Shown here piece by piece: positions 38,788 through 48,857 of a stretch of 64,000 bases of DNA. The stretch is from assembly GCA_023261645.1 (NCBI GenBank), contig JAHFOO010000004.1, positions 4,486-68,485 of the forward strand, in the 5' to 3' direction. Made by a program: the position numbers and the translations under genes. The notes beneath the pieces were generated by a model. It had not been told where the DNA came from, did no database searches, and was given only the letters and a program-made list of their open reading frames with translations. The stretch comes from Candidatus Moraniibacteriota bacterium (lineage in GTDB: Bacteria; Patescibacteriota; Minisyncoccia; Moranbacterales; UBA1568). Position 1 is the first letter of the stretch. Every line of letters begins with the position of its first letter.

Positions 38788-40338
38788 ATGACACAAAAAC
38801 AAGCGTTCAGTCTTCTTAAGTCAGGTGTCAATATTTTTTTGACCGGAGAGGCAGGATCAGGGAAGACGCATATCATCAATCAGTACACTGAGTATCTCAA
38901 TTTGCACGAGATCGATTTTGCTGTGACCGCATCGACCGGTATCGCGGCCACGCATATCCACGGTATGACCATACATTCATGGAGTGGTATCGGCGTCCAT
39001 CAGGAACTCGATGATGATGAGTTGAAGCATATCGCAGAGAACCGCTATGTCGCGAAGCGTATCAAGAAGGCGAAAGTGCTCATCATCGATGAGGTCTCTA
39101 TGCTGGATGGAAAGATTTTGACGCTGGTAGAGAGGGTTTGTCGCAAGATACGTAAATTGAAAGTGCCATTCGGAGGATTACAAGTTGTCTTGGTAGGGGA
39201 CTTTTTCCAATTGCCACCGGTGGCGAAAAAGGGGATAGCCATAGAATTCGCTTTTGACTCCGACGCTTGGCAGGGTTTGATGCCCGTCGTCTGTTATCTC
39301 ACGGAACAACATCGCCAAGAAGATAAAAAGTTTCTCGATATTCTTTCAGCTATTCGGAGCAATACGTTTGATGAAATTCATTTCGAAAATTTGAGCGAGC
39401 GCATCATCTCTCAGGAAGAATTGCCGGACGATATGACACGCTTATTTTCTCACAACACCAATGTCGATACGATCAATATGAGAGAATTACAAAAGCTTCC
39501 AGGAAAAACGAAATTGTTCGTGATGGCCGCACGGGGGCCGGAAACACTGACTGATGCTCTCATTCGTGGATGTCTTTCTCCGGAACGTTTGGAATTGAAG
39601 GAAGGGGCGACGGTGATGTTCACGAAAAATAATACGAATCAAGGTTTCGTGAATGGAACACTGGGAACCGTCGTCGGTTTTTCTGCAGGAACACATTATC
39701 CGATAGTGAAAACGTCGGCTGGCACACGTATCGAAACGGAACCGATGGAATGGACCATCGCCGAGGGAGACGAAGTGTTCGCCAAGATCACTCAGATACC
39801 GCTTCGTTTGGCGTGGGCGATGACTATTCATAAGAGCCAGGGTGTCAGTCTCGATTCGGCAGTGATGGACCTTTCTGGTACTTTTGAGTACGGTCAGGGG
39901 TATGTGGCGCTTTCACGGGTGCGGACGCTTGCGGGCATTCACCTTCTCGGTGTGAATGCACGGGCATTTCAAGTCCATCCTCTCGTCTCTGCAGAAGATG
40001 AACGATTTCGCGATGCTTCTCTGCTGGCAGAAAAGGAGTATGATCTTCTGTCACCGGAAAGAATCGAAGAAATTGAGAAGAATTTCATCGTTCTTTGTGG
40101 AGGTAAGCAGAAAAAAGAGAAAAAGGAGCAGAAGAAAAAAGGAAAATCGGCAGAAAAGTCGTCTGAAAAAATCCGCGAAGAATATCCCAAGGCGTATGCG
40201 AAGTGGACCGTCGAAGAGGATGAGCAATTGAAAAAACTTTTTCACAAAGGAGTACAGATTCATGAGATGACAGAGGTGTTCGGTAGGAAACGAGGTGCCA
40301 TCTCTTCACGTCTCAAGAAGCTCGAACTCACAAGTTGA
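38788..40338 (+). CDS. PIF1/RecD-like superfamily 1 DNA helicase fused via Lys-rich linker to a C-terminal Myb/SANT-like helix-turn-helix domain
   Basis: Walker A GEAGSGKTH, DEVSM Walker B, helicase motifs; C-terminus KWTVEEDEQLKKLFHKGVQIHEMTEVFGRKRGAISSRLKKL. Confidence 0.7.
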   Translation: MTQKQAFSLLKSGVNIFLTGEAGSGKTHIINQYTEYLNLHEIDFAVTASTGIAATHIHGMTIHSWSGIGVHQELDDDELKHIAENRYVAKRIKKAKVLIIDEVSMLDGKILTLVERVCRKIRKLKVPFGGLQVVLVGDFFQLPPVAKKGIAIEFAFDSDAWQGLMPVVCYLTEQHRQEDKKFLDILSAIRSNTFDEIHFENLSERIISQEELPDDMTRLFSHNTNVDTINMRELQKLPGKTKLFVMAARGPETLTDALIRGCLSPERLELKEGATVMFTKNNTNQGFVNGTLGTVVGFSAGTHYPIVKTSAGTRIETEPMEWTIAEGDEVFAKITQIPLRLAWAMTIHKSQGVSLDSAVMDLSGTFEYGQGYVALSRVRTLAGIHLLGVNARAFQVHPLVSAEDERFRDASLLAEKEYDLLSPERIEEIEKNFIVLCGGKQKKEKKEQKKKGKSAEKSSEKIREEYPKAYAKWTVEEDEQLKKLFHKGVQIHEMTEVFGRKRGAISSRLKKLELTS

Positions 40339-40356
40339 ATTTTTCATCATAAAAAT

Positions 40357-40608
40357 ATGCGATCATTCACTGAAAAGGTGTTGGCTGTCGTGAAGAAAAT
40401 TCCGAAAGGGAAGACGATGACCTATGCTTCTGTGGCGAAGCAGGCTGGGAGTCCGAAAGCGAGTCGGGCTGTCGGGTCTGTTCTGAAAAAGAATTTCAAT
40501 CCTGTCATTCCCTGTCACAGAGTCATCAGAAGCGATGGTTCATTGGGAGAATACAATCGTGGCAGAGATGAGAAAGAGCGGAAACTGCGTGAAGAGAAAG
40601 CGATATGA
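40357..40608 (+). CDS. MGMT-family methylated-DNA--protein-cysteine methyltransferase DNA-binding domain protein (YbaZ/Ogt C-domain-like)
   Basis: PCHRV active-site motif, 83 aa. Confidence 0.7.
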   Translation: MRSFTEKVLAVVKKIPKGKTMTYASVAKQAGSPKASRAVGSVLKKNFNPVIPCHRVIRSDGSLGEYNRGRDEKERKLREEKAI

Positions 40609-41033
40609 TGAGTATGGTACAATAAGAAGAGATTTGGAATAATACACAACACTATGATAATCACCGGAGAAAAAAGTGACAACAAACGTAGGAAGCAGGA
40701 CCCGAATACTCTCTCTCACAAAGAGAATATCAATCCGATGTATGAGGCACATCGCCTCGAAGGCAAGGTGAAAAATGTCGGTATCAAGAATCTCGGTCAT
40801 CAGAAGAAGAAATCCAAAGATTAGAATGAAGAGCAAGAACCAGCCTACGCGCTGGCTTTTGCTTGTTTCGAAGACTGAGTGAAGAAAAAATCACAGTATT
40901 TTGCGAGGGCGGAATTTTTCGGTGGAGACTCCGGAGTATTGACAGTGAGCAGTCATTTGGTCTATGCTATTGAGTCGTTGAGAGAATCATCTTTCTTCGT
41001 ACGTTGCTATGCGATTTTCCAAGGAGGAAAAAA

Positions 41034-41417
41034 ATGAGCGATATCAAAGAGAAGGCGAGCCGATTGGTACAGTGGTTCGTGGAGTGCGACGCTTTTACCA
41101 ATGAGAGTCTGGAGCGGGAACTTTCCGCCCGCGGTCTCGGCAGTGATCACGTGAGCAAGCACGTCGATATGCCAGGCAGTGATGGCAAACTGCACGATGT
41201 GCTGGCGATTCCATCGAACTTCGTGAGACGGCTCAAGGATGCCAAAGCCAATGACAGACGTTTTCAATTTCGTTTCTGGAAACGTAATGGCTCAAAAGGA
41301 GTGGTTTACCCGGCGGACTTCGTCGAGAAGAAACCTCTCTCTCGGACAGCTGAGGCACAACGTATCATTGCACGACTCGATGCCATAAAGAAGGAAAAGA
41401 CCGCGAGAAAAAAATGA
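41034..41417 (+). CDS. hypothetical protein (basic C-terminus)
   Basis: strong SD AGGAGG 8 nt upstream of ATG; own promoter-like TTGACA-N18-TATGCT at 40939; own terminator. Confidence 0.5.
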   Translation: MSDIKEKASRLVQWFVECDAFTNESLERELSARGLGSDHVSKHVDMPGSDGKLHDVLAIPSNFVRRLKDAKANDRRFQFRFWKRNGSKGVVYPADFVEKKPLSRTAEAQRIIARLDAIKKEKTARKK

Positions 41418-41434
41418 TGCAGATGTATTTCCTA

Positions 41435-41470
41435 CGAGAGGAGTCAATGACTCCCTCGTTTTTTATTTTT
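41435..41470 (+). terminator. rho-independent terminator, identical copy 1 (cgagaggagtcaatgactccctcg + T8)
   Basis: perfect hairpin and U-tract; duplicated at 42143. Confidence 0.75.
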
Positions 41471-41567
41471 TGGAGGGTTTCACGGCAGGGCGGATTGAAT
41501 GTCTTTTTGAAGGTGTTCTGAATGAAGATAGGTATATGGTTTGACAAAGATAGGAAGGCGTCTCATT

Positions 41568-42119
41568 ATGGATTTATGTTCTTTCAACGAACTCAAGGAG
41601 GAGAATATGTTACTCATTGCAGAAAAGAACCCCTATGTATCGGAGGAAACAGCATTGTTTGATGACTTGGTTAGAGTAGGTGAAGAAAAAGCACACATTA
41701 CTTTGTCAAGAAATCTCAGGCTTTTCCTTGTAGATTGTCTCATTGAGCATCTACAGGATCCTGATATCGTGTGGCGTATATTGGCGCTTGATTTTTTGGA
41801 ATCCGATCGTCTATCAGGAGCAGAAAGGGTAGTCCGCTTGAAGCGTTGTGGAGATGCCAGTCTTATTCTTGCAGGATTTTTTCCTGAGCGAGCGCTTCGT
41901 CTCCGTGTTAGTTCCACTTACTTTCGTCAGATGGGCCAATCATTTTTTGGTACACTGGCGACACATTTGGAAGTGACTGCGGTGACGATGGAGCAAGGAC
42001 AATTCTTCAATGAGGTAGCACGCGGTTTTGAAATGTTGGAGCGAGTCTTGAACTGTGCCAGAGGAAAAGCGCAGGATGAATGGGGAGCCTTTCGAAGGTT
42101 CCGCGCAAGGTTGAACTGA
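41568..42119 (+). CDS. hypothetical protein
   Basis: SD AGGAAGG 9 nt upstream of ATG 41568 (ORF-track start 41541); followed by duplicated terminator. Confidence 0.5.
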   Translation: MDLCSFNELKEENMLLIAEKNPYVSEETALFDDLVRVGEEKAHITLSRNLRLFLVDCLIEHLQDPDIVWRILALDFLESDRLSGAERVVRLKRCGDASLILAGFFPERALRLRVSSTYFRQMGQSFFGTLATHLEVTAVTMEQGQFFNEVARGFEMLERVLNCARGKAQDEWGAFRRFRARLN

Positions 42120-42142
42120 GTCGTGGAGGATGATGGATTATA

Positions 42143-42174
42143 CGAGAGGAGTCAATGACTCCCTCGTTTTTTAT
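42143..42174 (+). terminator. rho-independent terminator, identical copy 2
   Basis: acgagaggagtcaatgactccctcgttttttatt identical to 41434-41466. Confidence 0.75.
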
Positions 42175-42182
42175 TACCAAAC

Positions 42183-42221
42183 ACTGTCTGTCATGTCTAC
42201 GGCGGATAAATCGGTAGACAG
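42183..42221 (+). repeat. palindromic repeat copy (long form) upstream of membrane-protein gene promoter
   Basis: CTGTCTGTCATGTCTACGGCGGATAAATCGGTAGACAGG. Confidence 0.75.
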
Positions 42222-42306
42222 GGAGAGTGAGTATCGGCCCGATTCGACTCGAATGAATGCCCGCTATTCGTGGTATAATGAACCTGTAATTTGTTAAGAT
42301 TTCTTT

Positions 42307-43494
42307 ATGGATACGAATGCTCTCGTGGAATATGTTGCTGGAAAAATCCGCGCCGGAATCGCAAGGGCGACAATACAAGAGGAACTTCTTGCTGTCGGCT
42401 GGTCAGAAGAAGAATTTCTTGATGCTTATCAGGCAGGACTGGTCCTTTGTGGTATCCCTGTTCCGACAGAAGGGAACCGTATGATGTTTTCACGCAAAGC
42501 TTCCACTGTGGATGTTGTCATCAATTTTTTCTCGTTTATTCTCCTTGGTATCGTGGCCACCGCCTTGGGTACATTGTTTTTCCAGATTGTCAATGTCATT
42601 TTTCCGGATGTGTTGGATATGAATAACTGGTATATGGAGAGCCAGACGACCAGTTCTATCCATTATTCGATTGCAGCACTTTTGATCGGGTTCCCGCTTT
42701 ATTTTCTTGCTCTACGATTGTGGTTTCGGAAATTCCGCGAAGATGAAGGGCGGACAGAATCAGCACTTTCCAAAGGGCTCACCTATCTTGTCCTGCTTAT
42801 CACTGCTGTGACTATCGTGGGTGATCTCATCACGATTGTCTTTACGTTTCTTCAAGGGGAGATCAGTGTTCGGTTCTTTCTCAAAGCTCTGACTATCCTT
42901 GTTATCGCCGGAATTATTTTCGGTTTCTATTATTTGGAACGGCGGAAAATTCAGTATCACAGTGATGTCCCACGCAGTACCTTCCAGTACTTCGGGCGTG
43001 GAGTATCAGTGCTGGTTGTTTTCGGTGTGGTGCTCGGGTTTTTTGCCGGTGGATCTCCCACGACTCAGCGTAATAAAACGCTCGACCAGACACGGGCTGA
43101 CAATTTGAATACACTGGCTTCCTGTGTGGAACAGTATGCAGGGAATCTTGGAGCGCTCCCTCTTTCGTTTGCTGATTTGCGTACGTCAAGCCAGTATAAT
43201 TACTGCGGTGCTTTTATGCAGGATCCGGAGACCGGACAAGCGTATGAGTATCGGGTTGTGACACCATCTCGTACGGAGGGCTCTGTTCAGATCGGAGAAT
43301 TCGAATTGTGCGCCACGTTTGCACTGGCTTCTTATGAGAATCCTGCAAACAAAGGCACTGCTGGTTATGCTGGTGGAACGATCTGGCATGAACATAGCGT
43401 CGGTCGGAACTGCGATACGGTGACGACTCAGCTTCTTGTGCCGAATTATCCGAGTCAGACGCCTCTGACGAAAGCCATCGATAAACAGCAGTAG
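42307..43494 (+). CDS. hypothetical polytopic membrane protein with cytoplasmic N-domain and extracytoplasmic C-domain
   Basis: 4-5 TM helices; TGGTATAAT -10 upstream. Confidence 0.55.
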   Translation: MDTNALVEYVAGKIRAGIARATIQEELLAVGWSEEEFLDAYQAGLVLCGIPVPTEGNRMMFSRKASTVDVVINFFSFILLGIVATALGTLFFQIVNVIFPDVLDMNNWYMESQTTSSIHYSIAALLIGFPLYFLALRLWFRKFREDEGRTESALSKGLTYLVLLITAVTIVGDLITIVFTFLQGEISVRFFLKALTILVIAGIIFGFYYLERRKIQYHSDVPRSTFQYFGRGVSVLVVFGVVLGFFAGGSPTTQRNKTLDQTRADNLNTLASCVEQYAGNLGALPLSFADLRTSSQYNYCGAFMQDPETGQAYEYRVVTPSRTEGSVQIGEFELCATFALASYENPANKGTAGYAGGTIWHEHSVGRNCDTVTTQLLVPNYPSQTPLTKAIDKQQ

Positions 43495-43540
43495 AGTATC
43501 TGCTCTCATTCTTGCCTTATTTTTTACTGTAAAAAATAAT

Positions 43541-43576
43541 TGAAAAAAAGTGAATCAATTGATTCACTTTTTTGTT
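43541..43576. terminator. bidirectional hairpin terminator between convergent genes
   Basis: aaaaaaagtgaatcaattgattcacttttttg. Confidence 0.6.
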
Positions 43577-44766
43577 TGATTGAATGTGGTGAGTACTTCC
43601 GTATACAGTCCTTGCCATTCTTCCGCAATTTTTTCACGTGAGAATTGTTTGACGAATGTTCTGCCACCTTCACCGAGTCGTTTCCTTTCCTCTGGATGTT
43701 TATAGAGGAAAAGAATCGTATCGGCGAGAGCCTTGTAATCACCAGGCTCCACAAGAGAGCCGTTCTCATTATCGTGGATGTATTCCGCCAAAGCTCGAGC
43801 ACGTGCTCCGATGGGTGGAATGCCGGTTGCCATCGCTTTCATCATACTCAGGCTCTGTGTCTCAGCCGTGCTCATAATGGCGAATATGTCGGCTGCACGA
43901 TAGATACGGGCGTGGTCTTCGGCACATACAGTACCAAAAAATTTCACTCGGTCTTCTACTCCGAGTTTTTTGGTCAGCATTCGGAGTGAGACTTCTCCTT
44001 CTCCGTGACCGGTGATGGCGAGGCATATTTCCGGAATTTTTTCTTTGAGGATCGCTATTGCTCGTATGATATCGTCGATATGTTTTTCCGGGGCCAGCCG
44101 TCCAGTATAGAGAATGACAAAAGAAGATAGTCCAAATTCCTTTTTGAGAGTTATTTGTTCTTCGGAAGAAGCGGGGAAAAAATGATCGAGGTCGATAGGG
44201 TTGGAAATGACACGACTCCGTTTGTGGAATCCGTACTGATGCATTTCGTCGAGAATTCCTTGTGATGGAGCGGTGACGAAATCACAGCGATTGTAATACC
44301 ACGAGACGAAACGAAGAGCGAATTTTTGGAGAAATTTCGCCTGTATCGGGCTATACCGGAGGAATTCGGTAAGAGGAGTGTGACTCGTACCGACGAGCGG
44401 TCTGTGTAAGAAAAAACTTGCCAGCAGTCCTTCGAATCCGGCTCCAAAAAAAAGATGGGTATGAATGATGTCTGGATATCTCTTTCGCAAAGGAATCCAT
44501 CTGAGAAATGTCGGAACAATCATCCGACCTTGCTTCGTCGGTGCCGGAAAAGGAAGAGCTAAGAGCCGATGAATGGATACGCCTTCACCGATTTCAGCTT
44601 CTCGGTAGGGGAGATGGGAAATTGTGAAATCCTTTTTTCCGTAGCGTGGTACGAAAAAATCGATTTCGTGTCCGAGACGGGAAAGTTCGCCCGCTTGTTC
44701 GACGAGCGAATCTGAAATACCGGACAGTTCCGGGTAAAAATTGTCCGAGAAAATGGCTATCTTCAT
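43564..44766 (-). CDS. glycosyltransferase family 4 (GT-B, group 1)
   Basis: MKIAIFSDNFYPELSGISD start, EX7E-like motif near C-terminus. Confidence 0.8.
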   Translation of the reverse strand: MKIAIFSDNFYPELSGISDSLVEQAGELSRLGHEIDFFVPRYGKKDFTISHLPYREAEIGEGVSIHRLLALPFPAPTKQGRMIVPTFLRWIPLRKRYPDIIHTHLFFGAGFEGLLASFFLHRPLVGTSHTPLTEFLRYSPIQAKFLQKFALRFVSWYYNRCDFVTAPSQGILDEMHQYGFHKRSRVISNPIDLDHFFPASSEEQITLKKEFGLSSFVILYTGRLAPEKHIDDIIRAIAILKEKIPEICLAITGHGEGEVSLRMLTKKLGVEDRVKFFGTVCAEDHARIYRAADIFAIMSTAETQSLSMMKAMATGIPPIGARARALAEYIHDNENGSLVEPGDYKALADTILFLYKHPEERKRLGEGGRTFVKQFSREKIAEEWQGLYTEVLTTFNQTKK

Positions 44767-44859
44767 AAATGAAAATGATGTATATCAGGAAGTGACTGTT
44801 CCAAGAATAGAAGAGAAAACGGTTTCTGTCTATGTCTGTTTGTGCTAGAATAAGGCTAT

Positions 44860-45630
44860 ATGAAACTTTCTATTGTTATTCCGGCTTACAATGAAGAGGC
44901 TTATATCGGAAAATGTCTCGAATCGATAGCGATGGAAAGAGCACGTGGTTCTTTTGATGTGGAAGTGATTGTCGTCAATAATGCCAGTGATGATACGACG
45001 GGGGAAGTAGCACAATCATTCCCATTTGTTCGGGTGGTTGATGAGCCGAAGAAAGGATTGGTGCGGGCTCGTCAGACGGGATATGAAGCCTCTGCAGGAG
45101 ATCTTGTTGCCAACGTTGATGCGGATACGCTTGTGCCGAAAGGATGGATCAGTACTGTTTTCGAAGAATTCTCGGCTGATCCGAAATTGGTAGCTCTTTC
45201 CGGACCATATATGTATTATGACTTGTCAGCTGTTACGAATTGGTCTATTTTATTTTGGTATCGATTGGGACAGATAGTCAGTTTTTTGAATACTCTTGTC
45301 ACGAATCGAAGCGGAACGATGCTTCAGGGTGGAAATTTTGTTTTACGACGAAGCGCTTTGGAGAAGGCCGGTGGCTTTGATCTCAATTTTGATTTTTATG
45401 GTGAAGATACGGCTATCGCCAAACAAATGAGCAGTCAGGGAAAAGTAAAGTTCACTTTTCGCCTTCCTATGTACACATCGGGGCGGAGACTGCAGGCAGA
45501 AGGAATTTTTACGATGGCTCTGAAATATGGAATGAATTTCTTGTGGACGATTCTTTTCGATAAACCGTACACCAAAGAATATAAAGATATCCGTGTATGC
45601 AAGAACAATCGTGGCGGAAAAAATGGATGA
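44860..45630 (+). CDS. glycosyltransferase family 2
   Basis: SIVIPAYNEE, DAD (DxD) motif. Confidence 0.8.
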   Translation: MKLSIVIPAYNEEAYIGKCLESIAMERARGSFDVEVIVVNNASDDTTGEVAQSFPFVRVVDEPKKGLVRARQTGYEASAGDLVANVDADTLVPKGWISTVFEEFSADPKLVALSGPYMYYDLSAVTNWSILFWYRLGQIVSFLNTLVTNRSGTMLQGGNFVLRRSALEKAGGFDLNFDFYGEDTAIAKQMSSQGKVKFTFRLPMYTSGRRLQAEGIFTMALKYGMNFLWTILFDKPYTKEYKDIRVCKNNRGGKNG

Positions 45631-47990
45631 AAAAGTTCCGAGAGATTTGGTATATCATCGCACGGAATATTTTCTTGTTGACAAACGGCATCATCGCGCT
45701 CGTTGTCGCACTTCTTTTGTTTTTTGGTGATATCGAATCCGGAATATTCTTGGGTCTTATCTTGGTGATCAATATGATGCTTGGATTGGGACAGGACATT
45801 CGTGCTTGGTATACGCTCCAAAAATTGCAGCTTCTGACCGCACCTCGTGTCGTGCGTGTCCTTTTAGACGGAACAGAGGAGTCTGTCTTGACGGAAGAAA
45901 TAGAGAAGGGAGACAAACTCAAATTGAAGACAGGTGATGAGATTCCTTGTGATGGAACGCTTCTTGAATCGTATTCGCTCGAATTGAATGAAGGTCTTAT
46001 CACCGGAGAATCAGCTTCGTTTCCGAGGCAAGCAGGTGATCATATGCTGGCAGGCAGTATTATCACGGCGGGATTCGGTTTTTTGGTGACTGATGCTGTC
46101 TTCGAACAAAGTCGTATTGCGCGGATGACCGAAGGTGTCAAGAAATTTAGTGTGAACGAAAGCCCGATTCAAGGAGCAGTGAATCGTGTCGTTCGGTATT
46201 CGGGGTATATTCTGATGGGCGTCATCCTGTTTGTGGTTGCTCGGGGTTTTCTGACAGATATACCGAATGTAGTCGTTATCAAGAACATCGGGGCACTCAC
46301 AAGTTCTCTTGTTCCACAAGGATTAGTATTTGCTTTGACACTTCTCTTTGCCTATGGCGCAGCGCATCTCTATAAGCGTGATGTCCTTCTTCAAGAAGTA
46401 AATGCGACGGAGAAATTGGGACGCATCCGGAATCTTTGTATGGATAAGACTGGAACACTCACAGAGAATAAACCGACGGTGGAAAGAATGGAAACGCCGA
46501 AAGGGATGACGAGTGAAGAGGCAAAAGCGTATGCATCCTCGTATATCGGCGGTTCGGGCGATTTATCACAGACGATTCTTGCTTTGAAGGAATTCATCGG
46601 AGATTTCCATTTTTCTGATAAAGTCATCAGTACGACTTCTTTCTCTTCTTGGCATCCATACGGTGCCGTAGAGATCGTTTCCTCCAAGGGTGAAACGAAT
46701 ATTCTTCTTGTCGGATCAGGAGAGCATCTCGTACCGCATCTCGCAGATGTGTCAGAGAAAGAATGGTTTACGGCAATCGAAAGACAGGAAGCGACGCAGG
46801 GGAAACGTATCATCTGTCTTTTTCGGGCAGGTTCAGAACATCTGTCGAAAGATCTATCGCAATCGAAACTTTCTTTCATAGCGATTTTCGTTCTTTCAAG
46901 CAAATTGCGACCAGGGATAGGAGAGGCAATCACATTTTTCCAGGATCGTGGTGTACATATCCGAATCATTTCCGGTGATCATCCCGAAACAGTTCGGGCT
47001 GTCGCGAAGATGGCCGGAGTGAAACACTGTGATAAAGTAGTGACAGGAATGGAAATGCAAAGCTGGACAGAAAAAGATTTTTTCGAGCGTGTCCGTGATT
47101 ATTCGATTTTCGCACGCACCATACCTGAGCAGAAAGAAAAAATCATCGAATCGTTGAAGAAAGATGGTTTCACGGCGATGGTGGGGGATGGCGCCAATGA
47201 TGCTCTGGCAATCAAAAAAGCGGATCTGGGCATTGCTATGTTCGAAGGCGCACCGGCAACGAGACAGCTCGCCTCGGTCGTTCTTATGAACAATAGTTTT
47301 ACAGCACTGCCTGGCGGAGTGGAGCTGGCTGATAGTATCATCAAGAATGCTGAGATTTTCGCAAGTCTTTTCTTCGGATCAGCGCTTTCAGGTTTATTTT
47401 TCTTTTTAGGAGTGAGTTTTTTGGGATACTCATTTCCGCTTACTCCGCTCAATATCACTCTCATCAATTATCTCACGGTCGGGTTCCCTGGGATACTCGT
47501 TTCTTATTGGACGATTTGGAAGGTGAAAAAGATACGGTTCCCGAGCACGGGAAAGTTTTTGGATAAGATATCGCCGTTTATTCTCAGATCAGCTGTTTTG
47601 CAATCGCTCACACTTCTCGTTATTTTCCTTCTGAGTCCGGAAAGTATGAAATCTGGAGAATCCAATTTTTTCGTGGTTCTTGCTTGGAGCATCATCGGAT
47701 ATATTTTCTTTCTGTTCACCCCTGCGTTGTATCGAGGCTCGCTTCTTTCGACTCAGAGAAGAGATCTCATCCTGCTCACCTTTTTTGAAATTCTTTTTCT
47801 TATTTTCATTCTTCAGACCCCTTTCTTTTTACGATTTTTCGAGATAATCGGAATGTCTTTCGCATTGAACCCTCTTCTTTTACCGATCGTCCTTCTCGGA
47901 ACATATAGTTTGTTGCAATACGGAATAACCATTTTGCTCCGAAATCATCCACAGATATCTTCTCGAAGAGAACCGGGAAAAGTCCGGTAG
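45627..47990 (+). CDS. cation-transporting P-type ATPase
   Basis: DKTGTLT phosphorylation motif, GDGANDALAIK hinge motif, 8-10 TM helices; no CPC or heavy-metal-binding domain; start could be 45597. Confidence 0.8.
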   Translation: MKKFREIWYIIARNIFLLTNGIIALVVALLLFFGDIESGIFLGLILVINMMLGLGQDIRAWYTLQKLQLLTAPRVVRVLLDGTEESVLTEEIEKGDKLKLKTGDEIPCDGTLLESYSLELNEGLITGESASFPRQAGDHMLAGSIITAGFGFLVTDAVFEQSRIARMTEGVKKFSVNESPIQGAVNRVVRYSGYILMGVILFVVARGFLTDIPNVVVIKNIGALTSSLVPQGLVFALTLLFAYGAAHLYKRDVLLQEVNATEKLGRIRNLCMDKTGTLTENKPTVERMETPKGMTSEEAKAYASSYIGGSGDLSQTILALKEFIGDFHFSDKVISTTSFSSWHPYGAVEIVSSKGETNILLVGSGEHLVPHLADVSEKEWFTAIERQEATQGKRIICLFRAGSEHLSKDLSQSKLSFIAIFVLSSKLRPGIGEAITFFQDRGVHIRIISGDHPETVRAVAKMAGVKHCDKVVTGMEMQSWTEKDFFERVRDYSIFARTIPEQKEKIIESLKKDGFTAMVGDGANDALAIKKADLGIAMFEGAPATRQLASVVLMNNSFTALPGGVELADSIIKNAEIFASLFFGSALSGLFFFLGVSFLGYSFPLTPLNITLINYLTVGFPGILVSYWTIWKVKKIRFPSTGKFLDKISPFILRSAVLQSLTLLVIFLLSPESMKSGESNFFVVLAWSIIGYIFFLFTPALYRGSLLSTQRRDLILLTFFEILFLIFILQTPFFLRFFEIIGMSFALNPLLLPIVLLGTYSLLQYGITILLRNHPQISSRREPGKVR

Positions 47991-48023
47991 ATTGCTTTCC
48001 TTTACGAATACCAGTATTATTGA

Positions 48024-48737
48024 ATGGAGTTTATATATGAAATCGGTATGAACACATTTTTCGCTCGACACAAATATCATTGGACGCAGAAAAGATACCA
48101 AAAGTCTTCTTTTGTCGGACTGATTCTTTTCATACTGAGCCTTGTAGCGAATCGTTATGCCAGTTTTTATGCCACCGCACAGGCGAGCAACTCCGTCACC
48201 GATCTTCTTTTGGACAATATCCCCGTTATGAGAGTGGAATGGATTGTGAATGATGCTGCCGCTTTGTTCGGTTTTTCGATGATTTTCTTCATTCTGTGGC
48301 AACCACGGCGAATCCCTTTTATTTTGAAATCGGTAGCTTTGTTCATTTTTATCCGATCGGGTTTTATCGTCTTCACACATCTCGCCCCTTTCCCGGAACG
48401 CGTTTATCTTGATCCGACCGATATCTTTCGTACGCTCACATATGGAGGGGACTACTTCTTTTCCGGACATACGGGAATGTCGTTTCTGATGGCACTTATT
48501 TATTGGCAAGAGAAACGCGTACGCTACTATTGTCTGGCGGTGTCGGGATTACTCAGTATTGGTGTGATTTTGGGTCATCTGCATTATTCGATAGATGTCT
48601 TGGCAGCTTTCTTCATCACGTATAGTATTTTCGTTCTGGCACAACGGTTCTTCCCGTATGCCTACAATGTTTTTTCGGAGGGCCAGGAAATGCCTGCGTT
48701 GGAGAATTCTTCGGAGCTCGAAAAGGCGGTGAGCTGA
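48024..48737 (+). CDS. PAP2-superfamily-like integral membrane protein
   Basis: SGHT and HYSIDV motifs resembling PAP2 / sphingomyelin-synthase-like catalytic triad, 6 TM. Confidence 0.5.
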   Translation: MEFIYEIGMNTFFARHKYHWTQKRYQKSSFVGLILFILSLVANRYASFYATAQASNSVTDLLLDNIPVMRVEWIVNDAAALFGFSMIFFILWQPRRIPFILKSVALFIFIRSGFIVFTHLAPFPERVYLDPTDIFRTLTYGGDYFFSGHTGMSFLMALIYWQEKRVRYYCLAVSGLLSIGVILGHLHYSIDVLAAFFITYSIFVLAQRFFPYAYNVFSEGQEMPALENSSELEKAVS

Positions 48738-48857
48738 TGTGAGAAGAGGTATTTCTGCCTTGTACATCGACCATTTTTCCGATTTGACACCGAAGAAGCG
48801 GAAGGCTAGACTTGAGGTGGTTCCTTAATCTGAGCACCATACCCTTGGGAGGCTGTT

